Assembly (NCBI GenBank): GCA_965140585.1
Contig: OZ223266.1
Coordinates: forward strand, 1 to 64,000
From: Spirochaetia bacterium
GTDB taxonomy: Bacteria > Spirochaetota > Spirochaetia > UBA9216
Length of the DNA: 64,000 bases
Direction of reading: 5' to 3'
The translations under genes were made by a program, and so were the position numbers. The notes beneath the pieces are model-generated. The model worked only from the letters and a program-made list of their open reading frames with translations, was not told the origin of the DNA and did not search any database. Shown here one piece after another: positions 20,852-30,245 of this stretch (within the stretch, counting starts at the first letter, position 1; each line of letters opens with the position of its first letter).

Positions 20852-21838
20852 TCAATGCTCAATGAGGCTGGTTTCAAGTCTTATTATCGAGCAGCATTCT
20901 TCTGTTTCCTTCTTTATCCGACTCATAAGCAGATTCGCTGCTGTCTTTCCCATCTCAAGCATAGGCTGCGAAACCGTTACGCTTGAAAATCCGAGTATTG
21001 AAGAGAGTGCCATATCATCAAAACCGGCGATCCGGATATCACAGGGGAGATCGTTTTTGTGTTCGAACAGAAATTTTGCCGCTCCTACATGAAGAAAGTA
21101 GTTGGCTATAAATACATTTTCAGGCGGGGAAGGGGCTTCCATCAGCTCTTTCATGAATCTGTAGCCGGATTCTATGTGAACATCTCCGAACTTGATAATT
21201 TCAGGCTCAGGTTTAATTCCGTGGGCATCAAGGGCCTGCTGAAAGCCTTCATACCGTTCACGAAAGTTTGAGAGATCAAGGCTCCCGCCGATAAACCCGA
21301 AGCGCCTGCAGCCGTCTGCTATCAGTTTTTCTACTGCCGAAAACGCTCCGCTTATGTTATCAGCCAGTACCGCGTCACTCGAGAAATCCTCTACCAGTCT
21401 GTCGACAAGTACAACCGGGGTTCCTGTTCTGCTTAAAAGATTGAAATGGTTTCCTTTGGAACCGACCGGAATGATAATCACACCATCTACACACTGCTCT
21501 ATAAGAAGTTCAATTCGGTCTTTCTCGTCATCTGTATTTTCATTTGCATTGCAGAGAATTACGCCGTAGCCGTAGGCCCGAAGCTCATCTTCAACGCCCT
21601 TTGCCACAGTCATAAAAAAGTCGTTTACAAGTTCCGGTACAAGCAGGCCTACAGTTCCTGTCCTGGAAGTTTTCAGGCTTCTTGCCGCACGGTTCATTCT
21701 GTAGCCTGTTTCCTTGATCGCTTTCAGGACTTTTTCCCTTGTGGACGGTTTTATACCGGGGTCGTTATTCAGGACTCTTGAGACCGTAGCTGTTGAAACA
21801 CCTGCATGAACTGCTACTTCTTTTACTGTGATGGCCAT
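20852..21838 (-). CDS. LacI family transcriptional regulator (likely fucose regulon)
   Basis: HTH TVKEVAVHAGVSTATVSRVLN; ARSLK hinge; sugar-binding domain. Confidence 0.93.
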   Translation of the reverse strand: MAITVKEVAVHAGVSTATVSRVLNNDPGIKPSTREKVLKAIKETGYRMNRAARSLKTSRTGTVGLLVPELVNDFFMTVAKGVEDELRAYGYGVILCNANENTDDEKDRIELLIEQCVDGVIIIPVGSKGNHFNLLSRTGTPVVLVDRLVEDFSSDAVLADNISGAFSAVEKLIADGCRRFGFIGGSLDLSNFRERYEGFQQALDAHGIKPEPEIIKFGDVHIESGYRFMKELMEAPSPPENVFIANYFLHVGAAKFLFEHKNDLPCDIRIAGFDDMALSSILGFSSVTVSQPMLEMGKTAANLLMSRIKKETEECCSIIRLETSLIEH

Positions 21839-21844
21839 GGCCCG

Positions 21845-21874
21845 AGTATAGCACTCATTTTTAAAAGTTGGCAA
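21845..21874 (-). promoter_or_regulatory. sigma70-type promoter predicted to give a leaderless LacI mRNA
   Basis: TTGCCA-18 bp-(TG)cTATACT followed by 6 nt and then ATG; no Shine-Dalgarno sequence. Confidence 0.6.
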
Positions 21875-21918
21875 GTTAATGAATACTTAAAATAGGCATC
21901 TTGTACAAGGATAGATAC

Positions 21919-21955
21919 TTGACATATTTGTTTAAAAGTTTCTTAATAAGGAAAC
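21919..21955 (+). promoter_or_regulatory. Promoter with imperfect dyad (ArsR/SmtB-like operator candidate)
   Basis: TTGACA at 21919 and the near-palindrome GTTTCTTAATAAGGAAAC at 21938-21955, over the -10 region. Confidence 0.45.
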
Positions 21956-21981
21956 AATGAAACATAAAAAGGAGTATCACA

Positions 21982-22359
21982 ATGTCATGCTGTTGCGGTG
22001 ATGATAAAAAGGTCAGGCTTATATATTCATGTTCAGGTGCAGCCAATACCGGGTATCTGGCTGATCAGGTTTTTAGAACGCTGAAGTCAGAAGGAGTTGC
22101 TGCCGGAACCTGTCTGGCTGCAGTCGGTGCGGATCTTTCAGGATTTCTGCTCTCTGCAAAAGAGTCAGACGGTAATTTTATTATGGACGGATGCAAGGTA
22201 GGGTGCGGAAAGAAAATATTTGAAAATAAAAACCTGCCCTATACACAGTTTGTGATGACTGATTACGGAGTGGAAAAAGGTAAAACAGAAATTACCGATG
22301 AAATTATTAAGCGTGTCAGCAGTGAGATTGGTGAAATAGTAGGGAAAACTGATGAATAA
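21982..22359 (+). CDS. DGC-domain putative zinc-binding protein
   Basis: Motifs MSCCCG, YSCSGAANTG..AD, CLA and MDGC.VGC. Confidence 0.85.
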   Translation: MSCCCGDDKKVRLIYSCSGAANTGYLADQVFRTLKSEGVAAGTCLAAVGADLSGFLLSAKESDGNFIMDGCKVGCGKKIFENKNLPYTQFVMTDYGVEKGKTEITDEIIKRVSSEIGEIVGKTDE

Positions 22360-23530
22360 GAAGAACTCAATGCTTATGATTCTCGGTCTTATGGCATTTA
22401 TGACTAACGGAGATAATTACGCAGCTGCGCCCCTATTGCTGAAAATATCCGAAGATTTGAATCTTACAGTCCAGCATGCCGCATACTCTGTAACTGCATA
22501 TATGCTATCGTTCGGACTTTTTACATTGATTTTCGGTCCGCTTTCCGACAGGTTCGGAAAAGTCCGGATTATCCGTATCGCAGCCTTCGGTACCGCCGTC
22601 TTCAGTATTCTGGGTGGGGTTGCATTTAATCTGCAGAGTTTGATGGTTTTCAGAGCATTCAATGGAGCTTTCGGAGCGGGAATATTCCCTGTAACAATGG
22701 CCCTGGTCGGTCAGTCTTTTAATGATAAGGAACGGCAGGGGGCACTTGGAAAGGTTATGGGAATGATGTTTCTCGGCGGAGCTACTGCTACAGCTATTGG
22801 CGGTGTTCTCTCATATTTCGGTTCATGGAGACTTGTGTATATCATCTATGGTGTCGGAGAGCTTGCGGCAGCAGTTGTAATTACCAGAATGCTTGAAAAG
22901 GACAGTGGAGTGGTAGATAGACTAAATTTTGTAACTGCCTATAAGACGCCGCTGTCTAACGCCAGGTTTATGCGGCTGGTTATTACAATTTTCTTTGTCG
23001 GCTTTGCAGTTTTTGGAAGTTTTACCTATTCAGGAAAGCTGCTCCAGCAGGCAACCGGATTATCTGTTCTTCAGGTAGGATTGATTTTATCCTGCTTCGG
23101 CGTCGGTACAGTCTTCGGCGGAAGAATTGCACCGAAAATGCGACAATTATTAAAACATGGTTTTCTTGCTGCCGCCGGAATTCTCGGTTTTGCGGGTCTG
23201 TACATATTATCCCGGTTTTCCGGTGTATTCATGTTATGTCTCGGGCTGTTCAGTTTCGGTCTTGCATTCATTTTTCTGCAGACCACGCTGGTTTCAACTG
23301 CACAGATGAAACTTCCCTCAATGCGCGGAACGGCAATGTCTCTGGCTTCCTTCAATATGTTTGTGGGAGGAGCTTTGGGGACAATGGTAAACGGCAGAAT
23401 TATGATAAATACCGCAATCAGTAATATATTCCTTTATGCTTCAGTCGTTATGCTGATAGTAGGCCTTGCCTCAGCTTTTTTTCTGGTAGGTTTTGAAACC
23501 CGAAGAAAACAATCAGAAGTTTCCGGTTAA
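22352..23530 (+). CDS. MFS transporter (DHA1-like)
   Basis: About 12 TM segments; motif A GPLSDRFGK; FGSWR. Confidence 0.88.
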   Translation: MNKKNSMLMILGLMAFMTNGDNYAAAPLLLKISEDLNLTVQHAAYSVTAYMLSFGLFTLIFGPLSDRFGKVRIIRIAAFGTAVFSILGGVAFNLQSLMVFRAFNGAFGAGIFPVTMALVGQSFNDKERQGALGKVMGMMFLGGATATAIGGVLSYFGSWRLVYIIYGVGELAAAVVITRMLEKDSGVVDRLNFVTAYKTPLSNARFMRLVITIFFVGFAVFGSFTYSGKLLQQATGLSVLQVGLILSCFGVGTVFGGRIAPKMRQLLKHGFLAAAGILGFAGLYILSRFSGVFMLCLGLFSFGLAFIFLQTTLVSTAQMKLPSMRGTAMSLASFNMFVGGALGTMVNGRIMINTAISNIFLYASVVMLIVGLASAFFLVGFETRRKQSEVSG

Positions 23531-23693
23531 GCTCTATTGCATACAGGCATTAGCTGTCCTCTTCGGTCACTTGCAGCAGTACTGTAAATATCAGCAGTGT
23601 TCAGTTAAACCTCCTGTGCAAGATCTTCCTTGACGATTTGGTAGTTCACGCTGCTATAATGAAGGGGGCAGTTTTTAACAGGGGAGGTCTGAT

Positions 23694-24995
23694 ATGCTGC
23701 ATGATCCAAGCCACAGGCCGGAGATTCCGGTAGAAGAGGAAATTATTCTTGATAGAGATGAGATTGATGTTCTAAAAAGGCTTGGCAGCCGAATTGCAGA
23801 AATTGCCGATGACCCGGTTAATTCCCAAAGGGCACAACTTTGGACCCGGCTGAATGATCTGAAAAATCCCCGTCCTCTTGTCTGGATAAACGAGATTCCA
23901 TGGCATGAGATGAATGTCGATGATGAACTTACGCTGAAGACCAGGCATCCCTGGGCACAGGAGCTTGAAACAAGACTTCGAAGAACTATTTACCAGTGGA
24001 ATCACATGCCCGGAGACATGATAGTAAATCCCCGCATCGAATGCCCCCTGGTTATTCACAGTACCGACTTCGGAATTATCGAAAAAGCCGATGTAGCAAA
24101 AACCGATGAAGAAAATGATATCTATTCAAGGCATTTTGAAATCCAGATAAAAGACATGGATGACCTGCAGAAGATAAGAATGCCCGTCGTGACCCATTTT
24201 GAAAAAGCTACCCGGTTCAGTTTTGAGGCAATGACTCAAATCTTTGAGGGAATAATTCCGGTGAAAAAGACCGGCCAGAGCCATATCTGGTTTACTCCCT
24301 GGGATTATTTAATTCGCTGGTGGGGAGTTTCGGAGGCGATGATGGATCTGGCCATGAGGCCTGATATGGTTCACACCTTTGTTGATAGGATGGTTGATGC
24401 ATGGATGGCTGAACTGGATCAGTTTGTACAGCAGAACCTATTGTCCCTTGACTGCAATAATACCAGAATAGGCTCCGGCGGTTACGGTTATATAAGTGAT
24501 ATGCCGGGGGATGATTATGACCCCGCATACGTAATGCCGCATAATATGTGGGGCTGCTCGAATGCCCAGATATTCAGTGAAGTCTCCCCGTCCATGCACT
24601 GGGAGTTTGCAATTGAACATGATATGCGCTGGCTTAAACGCTGGAAGTACACCTACTACGGATGCTGTGAACCTCTTGACGGCAAGGCTGAAATACTGCG
24701 GCGTATTCCAAACCTCAGGAAGGTTTCTGTTTCACCCTGGTCTAATACTGAGCGGGCTGTAGAAAATTTCGGTGATCGATACGTAATGAGCCGGAAGCCC
24801 AATCCTGCAATTCTTGCCGAAAGCAGCTGGGAGCCGAAGCGGGCGGAAGCTGAGATCAGGGATTTTCTTGATAAAACCGAAGGAAAGTGCAATATTGAGC
24901 TTATTATGAAGGATATCTCAACGGTGAAATATCATCCTGAAAGGTTGTGGGACTGGGAGACTATAGCTTCCCGGGTTGTTCAGGACTACTGCTGA
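23694..24995 (+). CDS. UroD/MetE-fold (URO-D/CIMS-like) protein of unknown function
   Basis: Motifs EVSPSMHWEF, YYGCCEPLD, NLRKVSVSPW and SRKPNP; has its own promoter (TGcTATAAT near 23652) and a GGAGG RBS. Confidence 0.7.
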   Translation: MLHDPSHRPEIPVEEEIILDRDEIDVLKRLGSRIAEIADDPVNSQRAQLWTRLNDLKNPRPLVWINEIPWHEMNVDDELTLKTRHPWAQELETRLRRTIYQWNHMPGDMIVNPRIECPLVIHSTDFGIIEKADVAKTDEENDIYSRHFEIQIKDMDDLQKIRMPVVTHFEKATRFSFEAMTQIFEGIIPVKKTGQSHIWFTPWDYLIRWWGVSEAMMDLAMRPDMVHTFVDRMVDAWMAELDQFVQQNLLSLDCNNTRIGSGGYGYISDMPGDDYDPAYVMPHNMWGCSNAQIFSEVSPSMHWEFAIEHDMRWLKRWKYTYYGCCEPLDGKAEILRRIPNLRKVSVSPWSNTERAVENFGDRYVMSRKPNPAILAESSWEPKRAEAEIRDFLDKTEGKCNIELIMKDISTVKYHPERLWDWETIASRVVQDYC

Positions 24996-26017
24996 GAAAT
25001 ACTTCTGCAGGAGCCCCTTTCCACCAGGTGCTGCTGAACCTTGAGTCCGTGCTGATTGTTGGGAGTGTTCTCAATCCTGTTTATAAGCATCTGCACAATT
25101 ATCTTGCCCATATAAGCAGTGTCTATCTTCATAGTAGTGATTGGCGGAATGTAGGGCATGTTGTAATCAAGAACATCCCCGGGGGCGATAATCGATACAT
25201 CTTCAGGAATTGAAAGCGTAAGTTCTTTGAGTGCAAGAATTACGCGTAAAGCCAGATCATCATCAAGACAGAAAACAGCCGTGGGTTTCACCTTGTTTTC
25301 GGGGTTGAAAACAGGATAAAGATCCTTGCGCAGTTTATCCATATGGCCGGTTTCGAACTCGAAAATATACTCCCGCGGAAGTTCTATTCTGTTTACGTCC
25401 ATCGATTTTTTAAATCCGATAAAACGGTCGTTTGAAAGGGCCGGAAGATCAATTCGCTGAATTCCAACATAGGCGATTTTACGATGTCCGAGTCTTATCA
25501 GATGATTTCCTGCTTCATATGCTCCCTGAAAGTCATCGACGCATATTGAGTAGTATTTATCGTGAAACTCAGAATTCATCACTGTTATTACCATCATCCC
25601 GGCTGTTTCAAGACGGGCGAAAAGTTCGTCGTTTCCGAAGTGAAGCGAAATTACTGCTCCTGAGCCGGACGACTTTATTTTGTCAAACATCTGCTGAGGT
25701 GTTTCACGGTGATAAATTGGGATAAGAATCAGATTCAGTCCTACTGCTTTCAGGTCACTCTCAATAGATTCAATGATCGGTCTTATGAATTTGAATATAA
25801 AAGCCCATTCATAGTCTCCGTTAATCAGTACACAGACGTGGTCGAAGTCGGATATCCTGTTAATTTTTTCTTTACGCTTGTAGCCGAGCTTTTCCGCTGC
25901 TGCAAATACCTTGGCTCTCGTCTCATCTGATATTCTGCCTGTTTCTGAGAGAGCCATCGAGGCCGCTGTCAGGGACACTCCGGCTTTTTCTGCAACATCA
26001 CGCAATTTAGGTTTCAT
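24986..26017 (-). CDS. LacI family transcriptional regulator
   Basis: HTH KLRDVAEKAGVSLTAASMALS; LGHRKIAY and IPEDVSII motifs. Confidence 0.9.
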   Translation of the reverse strand: MKPKLRDVAEKAGVSLTAASMALSETGRISDETRAKVFAAAEKLGYKRKEKINRISDFDHVCVLINGDYEWAFIFKFIRPIIESIESDLKAVGLNLILIPIYHRETPQQMFDKIKSSGSGAVISLHFGNDELFARLETAGMMVITVMNSEFHDKYYSICVDDFQGAYEAGNHLIRLGHRKIAYVGIQRIDLPALSNDRFIGFKKSMDVNRIELPREYIFEFETGHMDKLRKDLYPVFNPENKVKPTAVFCLDDDLALRVILALKELTLSIPEDVSIIAPGDVLDYNMPYIPPITTMKIDTAYMGKIIVQMLINRIENTPNNQHGLKVQQHLVERGSCRSISQQ

Positions 26018-26099
26018 TTATTCATCCAGCAAATCAATTTAGCAGTATTTTATCATCCTTTGGGGTTCTGTCAATCTTTTTTAAAATAATTTTATCAAA

Positions 26100-26174
26100 A
26101 TTTTAGCAAGAATACGCCATAAATAGGCAAATATTTGATAAATAAGGCCTAAATTTACATATTCTTGCTAAAAT
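26100..26174. repeat. 15-bp perfect inverted repeat with 45-bp spacer in a divergent promoter region
   Basis: ATTTTAGCAAGAATA (26100-26114) and TATTCTTGCTAAAAT (26160-26174), flanked by divergent TTGACA -35 boxes at 26069-26074 (-) and 26231-26236 (+). Confidence 0.8.
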
Positions 26175-26281
26175 AAGGTAAAAACAAGATAAAAATATTA
26201 CTATATTGAATAAAATTTTAACAAAAAAACTTGACAGTCAAAAATTCCGTGTTAGGATAGGATTAATACGGAGACAGTGCT

Positions 26282-26602
26282 ATGAGATTCGGACAGGTTA
26301 TCGGCCTTAAAAAAGAAAATTACGAGAAGTATAAGCAGTATCATGCAAACGCATGGCCTGAGATAAACAGCAAAATAACTGAATGCAACATTAAGAACTA
26401 CACCATCTTTTTTAAAGATGAACTGCTTTTTGCGTATTTTGAATATGTCGGTGAAGATTTTGAAGCTGACATGCAAAAAATGGCGGATGATCCGAAGACC
26501 CAGGAATGGTGGGCAATAATGAAACCGCTGCAGAGCCCGCTTGAAACAAGAAAAGATGGCGAATGGTGGGCGTATATGGAGGAAATGTACCATCTTGACT
26601 GA
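26282..26602 (+). CDS. rhaM: L-rhamnose/L-fucose mutarotase (RhaM, DUF718 family)
   Basis: Motifs YKQYHANAWPEI, NIKNYTIF, LFAYFEY and TQEWW. Confidence 0.85.
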   Translation: MRFGQVIGLKKENYEKYKQYHANAWPEINSKITECNIKNYTIFFKDELLFAYFEYVGEDFEADMQKMADDPKTQEWWAIMKPLQSPLETRKDGEWWAYMEEMYHLD

Positions 26603-26632
26603 GGGTGCATTAAACAGAAAAGAGGGTTTGAT

Positions 26633-28138
26633 GTGAGTAGTGAGAATTTTGGAATAGCCCTTCAGATGAAGGGGGTCAGCAAGAGTTTTCCCGGAACGCT
26701 TGCTGTAGACAATGTTGATTTTGATGTCCGTGCCGGAGAGGTTCATGCCCTTATCGGTGAAAACGGAGCAGGAAAATCAACGCTTATGAAGATAATAGCC
26801 GGTTCTTTTAATGATTACACCGGCAGAATATTCATAGGCTCAAAAGAGACGACTCTGCATTCACCGGTGCAGTCTAAAAAGAACGGAATCGAAATGATTT
26901 ACCAGGAACTCAGTCTGGCATTGCCTCTGAGCATTGCAGAGAATGTCCTGGTAGGAAGACTTCCGAAAAAGGGAATCTTTCTTGATAAGGAAAAAATCTA
27001 TAAAGAGACCAAGCGCTGTTTAAAACAGGTCGGTCTTGACCACCTTGATCCTGATCTTGAAATCGAAGAGATAAGCCAGCACGAAAGTCAGCTTGTCGAG
27101 ATAGGCAAGGCGCTTGGAAACAATCCGTGTATCCTGGTAATGGATGAGCCTACATCAGCCCTTTCGCGTGAAGAGGTTGAAAGGCTTTTTGAAATTATCA
27201 AGAAATTGAAAAACCGCGGACTTGCCATTATCTATATTTCGCACCATCTACCCGAGATTTTTGAAGTGGCCGACAGAGTAACTGTCATGCGCGACGGTAA
27301 AAAGATTGATACCCGGGATATTGATAATGTAAGCAGTGAAGAGCTGGTTCAGATGATGGTCGGGCACTCTGTTAAGGAGTTCTACTCTCATGAGAGCCAT
27401 GCAACAGAGGAGGAACGGCTGAAGGTTGAGAACCTTTTCCGGTACGGTTTCTTCCATAATGTATCCTTTACAGCAAAGAAGGGTGAGATTCTCGGTATCT
27501 GCGGACTTTCAGGTGCTGGACGAAGCGAGATTGCAAGGGTCCTTGTAGGGCTTGATGACCGGCATGAAGGTCAGGTTTTTATTGACGGCAGGGAAATAAA
27601 CCCAAAAACGATGGCGAGGGCTCTTGAAGCGGGCATAACCTATCTTACCGAGAACCGCAAGACAGAAGGCCTCGCTTTAAGGCTTGATATCAAGGAGAAC
27701 ATCCTTGCAGGTATAGTGCCCAAGCTCACCAGGGCTGGAATCTATCATGAGAATGAAGGGCTGGATCGGATGAAGGAGCTGATAAAAGAACTGCTTATTT
27801 ATCCACCTGATTCATCAAGGATTACCGGCAACCTCTCAGGCGGAAATCAACAGAAGGTGCTTCTTGCCAAATGGATAGCCCTCGATCCGAAGGTCCTCAT
27901 TCTGGATGAGCCGACCCGCGGTGTTGATATCGGTGCAAAGATGACAATCCATGAGTCTATCGAAAAGCTGGCAGCCAACGGTACGACCGTACTGCTTATA
28001 TCATCAGACCTGCCTGAGCTTGTCTCTCTTTCAAACAGGGTATTGATCATGAGGCAGGGACATATCATTCACGAAATGGATCAGTCGGTTTGTACAGAGG
28101 AAAGCGTTCTCCTTGCGGCAAATGGTGAGGGAATATAA
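26633..28138 (+). CDS. Monosaccharide (CUT2) ABC transporter ATP-binding protein
   Basis: Two nucleotide-binding domains: GENGAGKSTL, DEPTS, LSGGNQQKV and DEPTRGVD. Confidence 0.95.
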   Translation: MSSENFGIALQMKGVSKSFPGTLAVDNVDFDVRAGEVHALIGENGAGKSTLMKIIAGSFNDYTGRIFIGSKETTLHSPVQSKKNGIEMIYQELSLALPLSIAENVLVGRLPKKGIFLDKEKIYKETKRCLKQVGLDHLDPDLEIEEISQHESQLVEIGKALGNNPCILVMDEPTSALSREEVERLFEIIKKLKNRGLAIIYISHHLPEIFEVADRVTVMRDGKKIDTRDIDNVSSEELVQMMVGHSVKEFYSHESHATEEERLKVENLFRYGFFHNVSFTAKKGEILGICGLSGAGRSEIARVLVGLDDRHEGQVFIDGREINPKTMARALEAGITYLTENRKTEGLALRLDIKENILAGIVPKLTRAGIYHENEGLDRMKELIKELLIYPPDSSRITGNLSGGNQQKVLLAKWIALDPKVLILDEPTRGVDIGAKMTIHESIEKLAANGTTVLLISSDLPELVSLSNRVLIMRQGHIIHEMDQSVCTEESVLLAANGEGI

Positions 28139-29199
28139 TGAGTGAGACACAGGTGATGGAAAAGGAAGAACAGAATGTAGCCCAGCCCGCAGACAGAAGG
28201 GCGACAAGTTACAGTATTATAGGTAAGGTTTTTCACGGAATCGGCATATATGCGGTTGCAGCGATGTTCCTGATTCTCGGAATCATTCTGCAGCTTCTGG
28301 GGGTCATCAACAACTTCATGACTCCGCAGAATATGCTCAACATTATTGATGCGGTTTCAATGCTTGGAATCGTAGCCGTCGGAATGGCTTTTATCACTTA
28401 TTCCGGCCACTACGCCGACCTGTCGGCTCCCACAACCATGGCGTTGACAGGTATTGTTGCCGTTCAAATGCTCCAGTTCGGTTTTATTTCTGCTCTGATT
28501 GCAGCCTTTGCAACCGGTATTGTGATAGGTCTTATAAATGCAATAGCAGTAGGTAAGTTCAAGGCAAACCCGATAATCTGGACCCTTGCCGTTAACTATG
28601 TAACCCTGGGGGTTATCAGGCTGGTATGGGTCAACAAGCAGATCTATCCGGACATGATTGCAAAGACCCAGCGTGCAAGTGAGCTGTTTGACAACATCTA
28701 CCGGCTGCGCTTCTTCAATAAGATAGCACTTCCTGTAGTGTTCCTTGTAATTCTTGTGATTGTAATGAACTTTATAATGAAGAAAACAAAGTACGGCCAG
28801 CAGCTTAAGATGACCGGAGCTTCAAGAAAGGCAGCAAAGTTTTCAGGTGTTAATGTTGAAAGGGTAATAGGACTAAGCTTTATTATCTGTGCGCTTACAG
28901 CTACACTCGGCGGGCTGACAATAACTTCGCTTTCCAGGGTAGGTGCCTACTACAACGGTGAAGGCTACGACTTCAAGGCTGTAACCGCAATAGTTATCGG
29001 AGGAATGACCCTTGCCGGCGGACGCGGTTCTATAATCGGAGTGCTCGGCGGCGTACTTATAATCGGACTTATGAACAATATCATGACACTGCTCGGTGTT
29101 GGGACTTTCTCTCAGGACATGATCCGCGGAGCGATATTCATAATCGTCGTTGGTATAAATGCTAAATCTCTGAGATCTCTGGGGCGTGACGATGCTTAA
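28138..29199 (+). CDS. Monosaccharide ABC transporter permease 1
   Basis: RbsC-type DLS and AIVIGGMTLAGGRGS motifs. Confidence 0.92.
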   Translation: MSETQVMEKEEQNVAQPADRRATSYSIIGKVFHGIGIYAVAAMFLILGIILQLLGVINNFMTPQNMLNIIDAVSMLGIVAVGMAFITYSGHYADLSAPTTMALTGIVAVQMLQFGFISALIAAFATGIVIGLINAIAVGKFKANPIIWTLAVNYVTLGVIRLVWVNKQIYPDMIAKTQRASELFDNIYRLRFFNKIALPVVFLVILVIVMNFIMKKTKYGQQLKMTGASRKAAKFSGVNVERVIGLSFIICALTATLGGLTITSLSRVGAYYNGEGYDFKAVTAIVIGGMTLAGGRGSIIGVLGGVLIIGLMNNIMTLLGVGTFSQDMIRGAIFIIVVGINAKSLRSLGRDDA

Positions 29200-30214
29200 A
29201 AACAAGAAGAATTCAATTTTGACAATAGTAGATAAAAACAGAATATACATTCTCTTCGGCCTGGTATTCATTATCATGGCTCTCTTTGCTCCGCGTTTTT
29301 TCAATGTGTTCAACCTGACCACGATAATGCGGACAATGTCGATGAATGCGGTTGTTGCAATAGGCTTTACTGTAATCCTTATTGTCGGTCAGCTTGATCT
29401 TTCAATTGGTACAATTGTTACATTCACCGGAATCCTGGGGCTTGGTCTCAAGGAATACCTGGGGTACGGCGGTTCAGTTCCTACGGCAATTATAGCCGGA
29501 GGTCTAATCGGACTGATAAACGGACTGCTTGTTTCAAAGGCTAAAATCAGTTCGTTTATTGTAACGCTTGGTATGATGACGGTTCTGCAGGGCGCAATTT
29601 ATACCTTTACAGGGGGAAACTCGGTTAGTCTTTCTACAGACGATGCCTTTGCAGTGTCTGACTGGTTGGCGAAAATGATTTTCCCGCTTGCGACACCCAG
29701 AGTTATTATAACTGTTTTACTTGTTGCCGGGGCATCAGTATTTATGCGGAAAACCAGAACAGGCCGTAACTTCTACATGGTCGGCGGAAACAGCCAGACT
29801 GCCTGGCTTGCCGGTATCGATACTGATAAATATACAATAGCAGCCTTTGTGATCTCCGGTGTTATGGCCGGTATAGGCGGAGTTCTTTTCGCAATGGAAA
29901 GCGCCGCCGCAACCCTGAATATGGGAACTTCTTCACTTATGTACGTTCTTTCCGCCACAATAATCGGAGGAACTTCAATGTCCGGCGGAAAAGGCGGAGT
30001 ATTTAAGACCTTCGTAGCAATCCTGATGCTAGATGTTCTTTATAATGGAATTATCCTTTTCGGTCTCGGAAATGAAGTAAAGATTTTTATAGCGGGAATT
30101 ATTCTTGCCTTCGTTGTTCTGTATGAAGCTTATGTTGCATACAAACATGAAAAAGTTATCGGCCAGCGTCCTGAACTGATGAAGGAACTGGCAGCGGTCC
30201 AAAATCAGGTTTAA
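29192..30214 (+). CDS. Monosaccharide ABC transporter permease 2
   Basis: GQLDLS and IIGGTSMSGGKG motifs; alternative GTG start at 29186. Confidence 0.92.
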   Translation: MLKNKKNSILTIVDKNRIYILFGLVFIIMALFAPRFFNVFNLTTIMRTMSMNAVVAIGFTVILIVGQLDLSIGTIVTFTGILGLGLKEYLGYGGSVPTAIIAGGLIGLINGLLVSKAKISSFIVTLGMMTVLQGAIYTFTGGNSVSLSTDDAFAVSDWLAKMIFPLATPRVIITVLLVAGASVFMRKTRTGRNFYMVGGNSQTAWLAGIDTDKYTIAAFVISGVMAGIGGVLFAMESAAATLNMGTSSLMYVLSATIIGGTSMSGGKGGVFKTFVAILMLDVLYNGIILFGLGNEVKIFIAGIILAFVVLYEAYVAYKHEKVIGQRPELMKELAAVQNQV

Positions 30215-30245
30215 TACCTTTTGGAATAACCATTAAAATTGGAGG

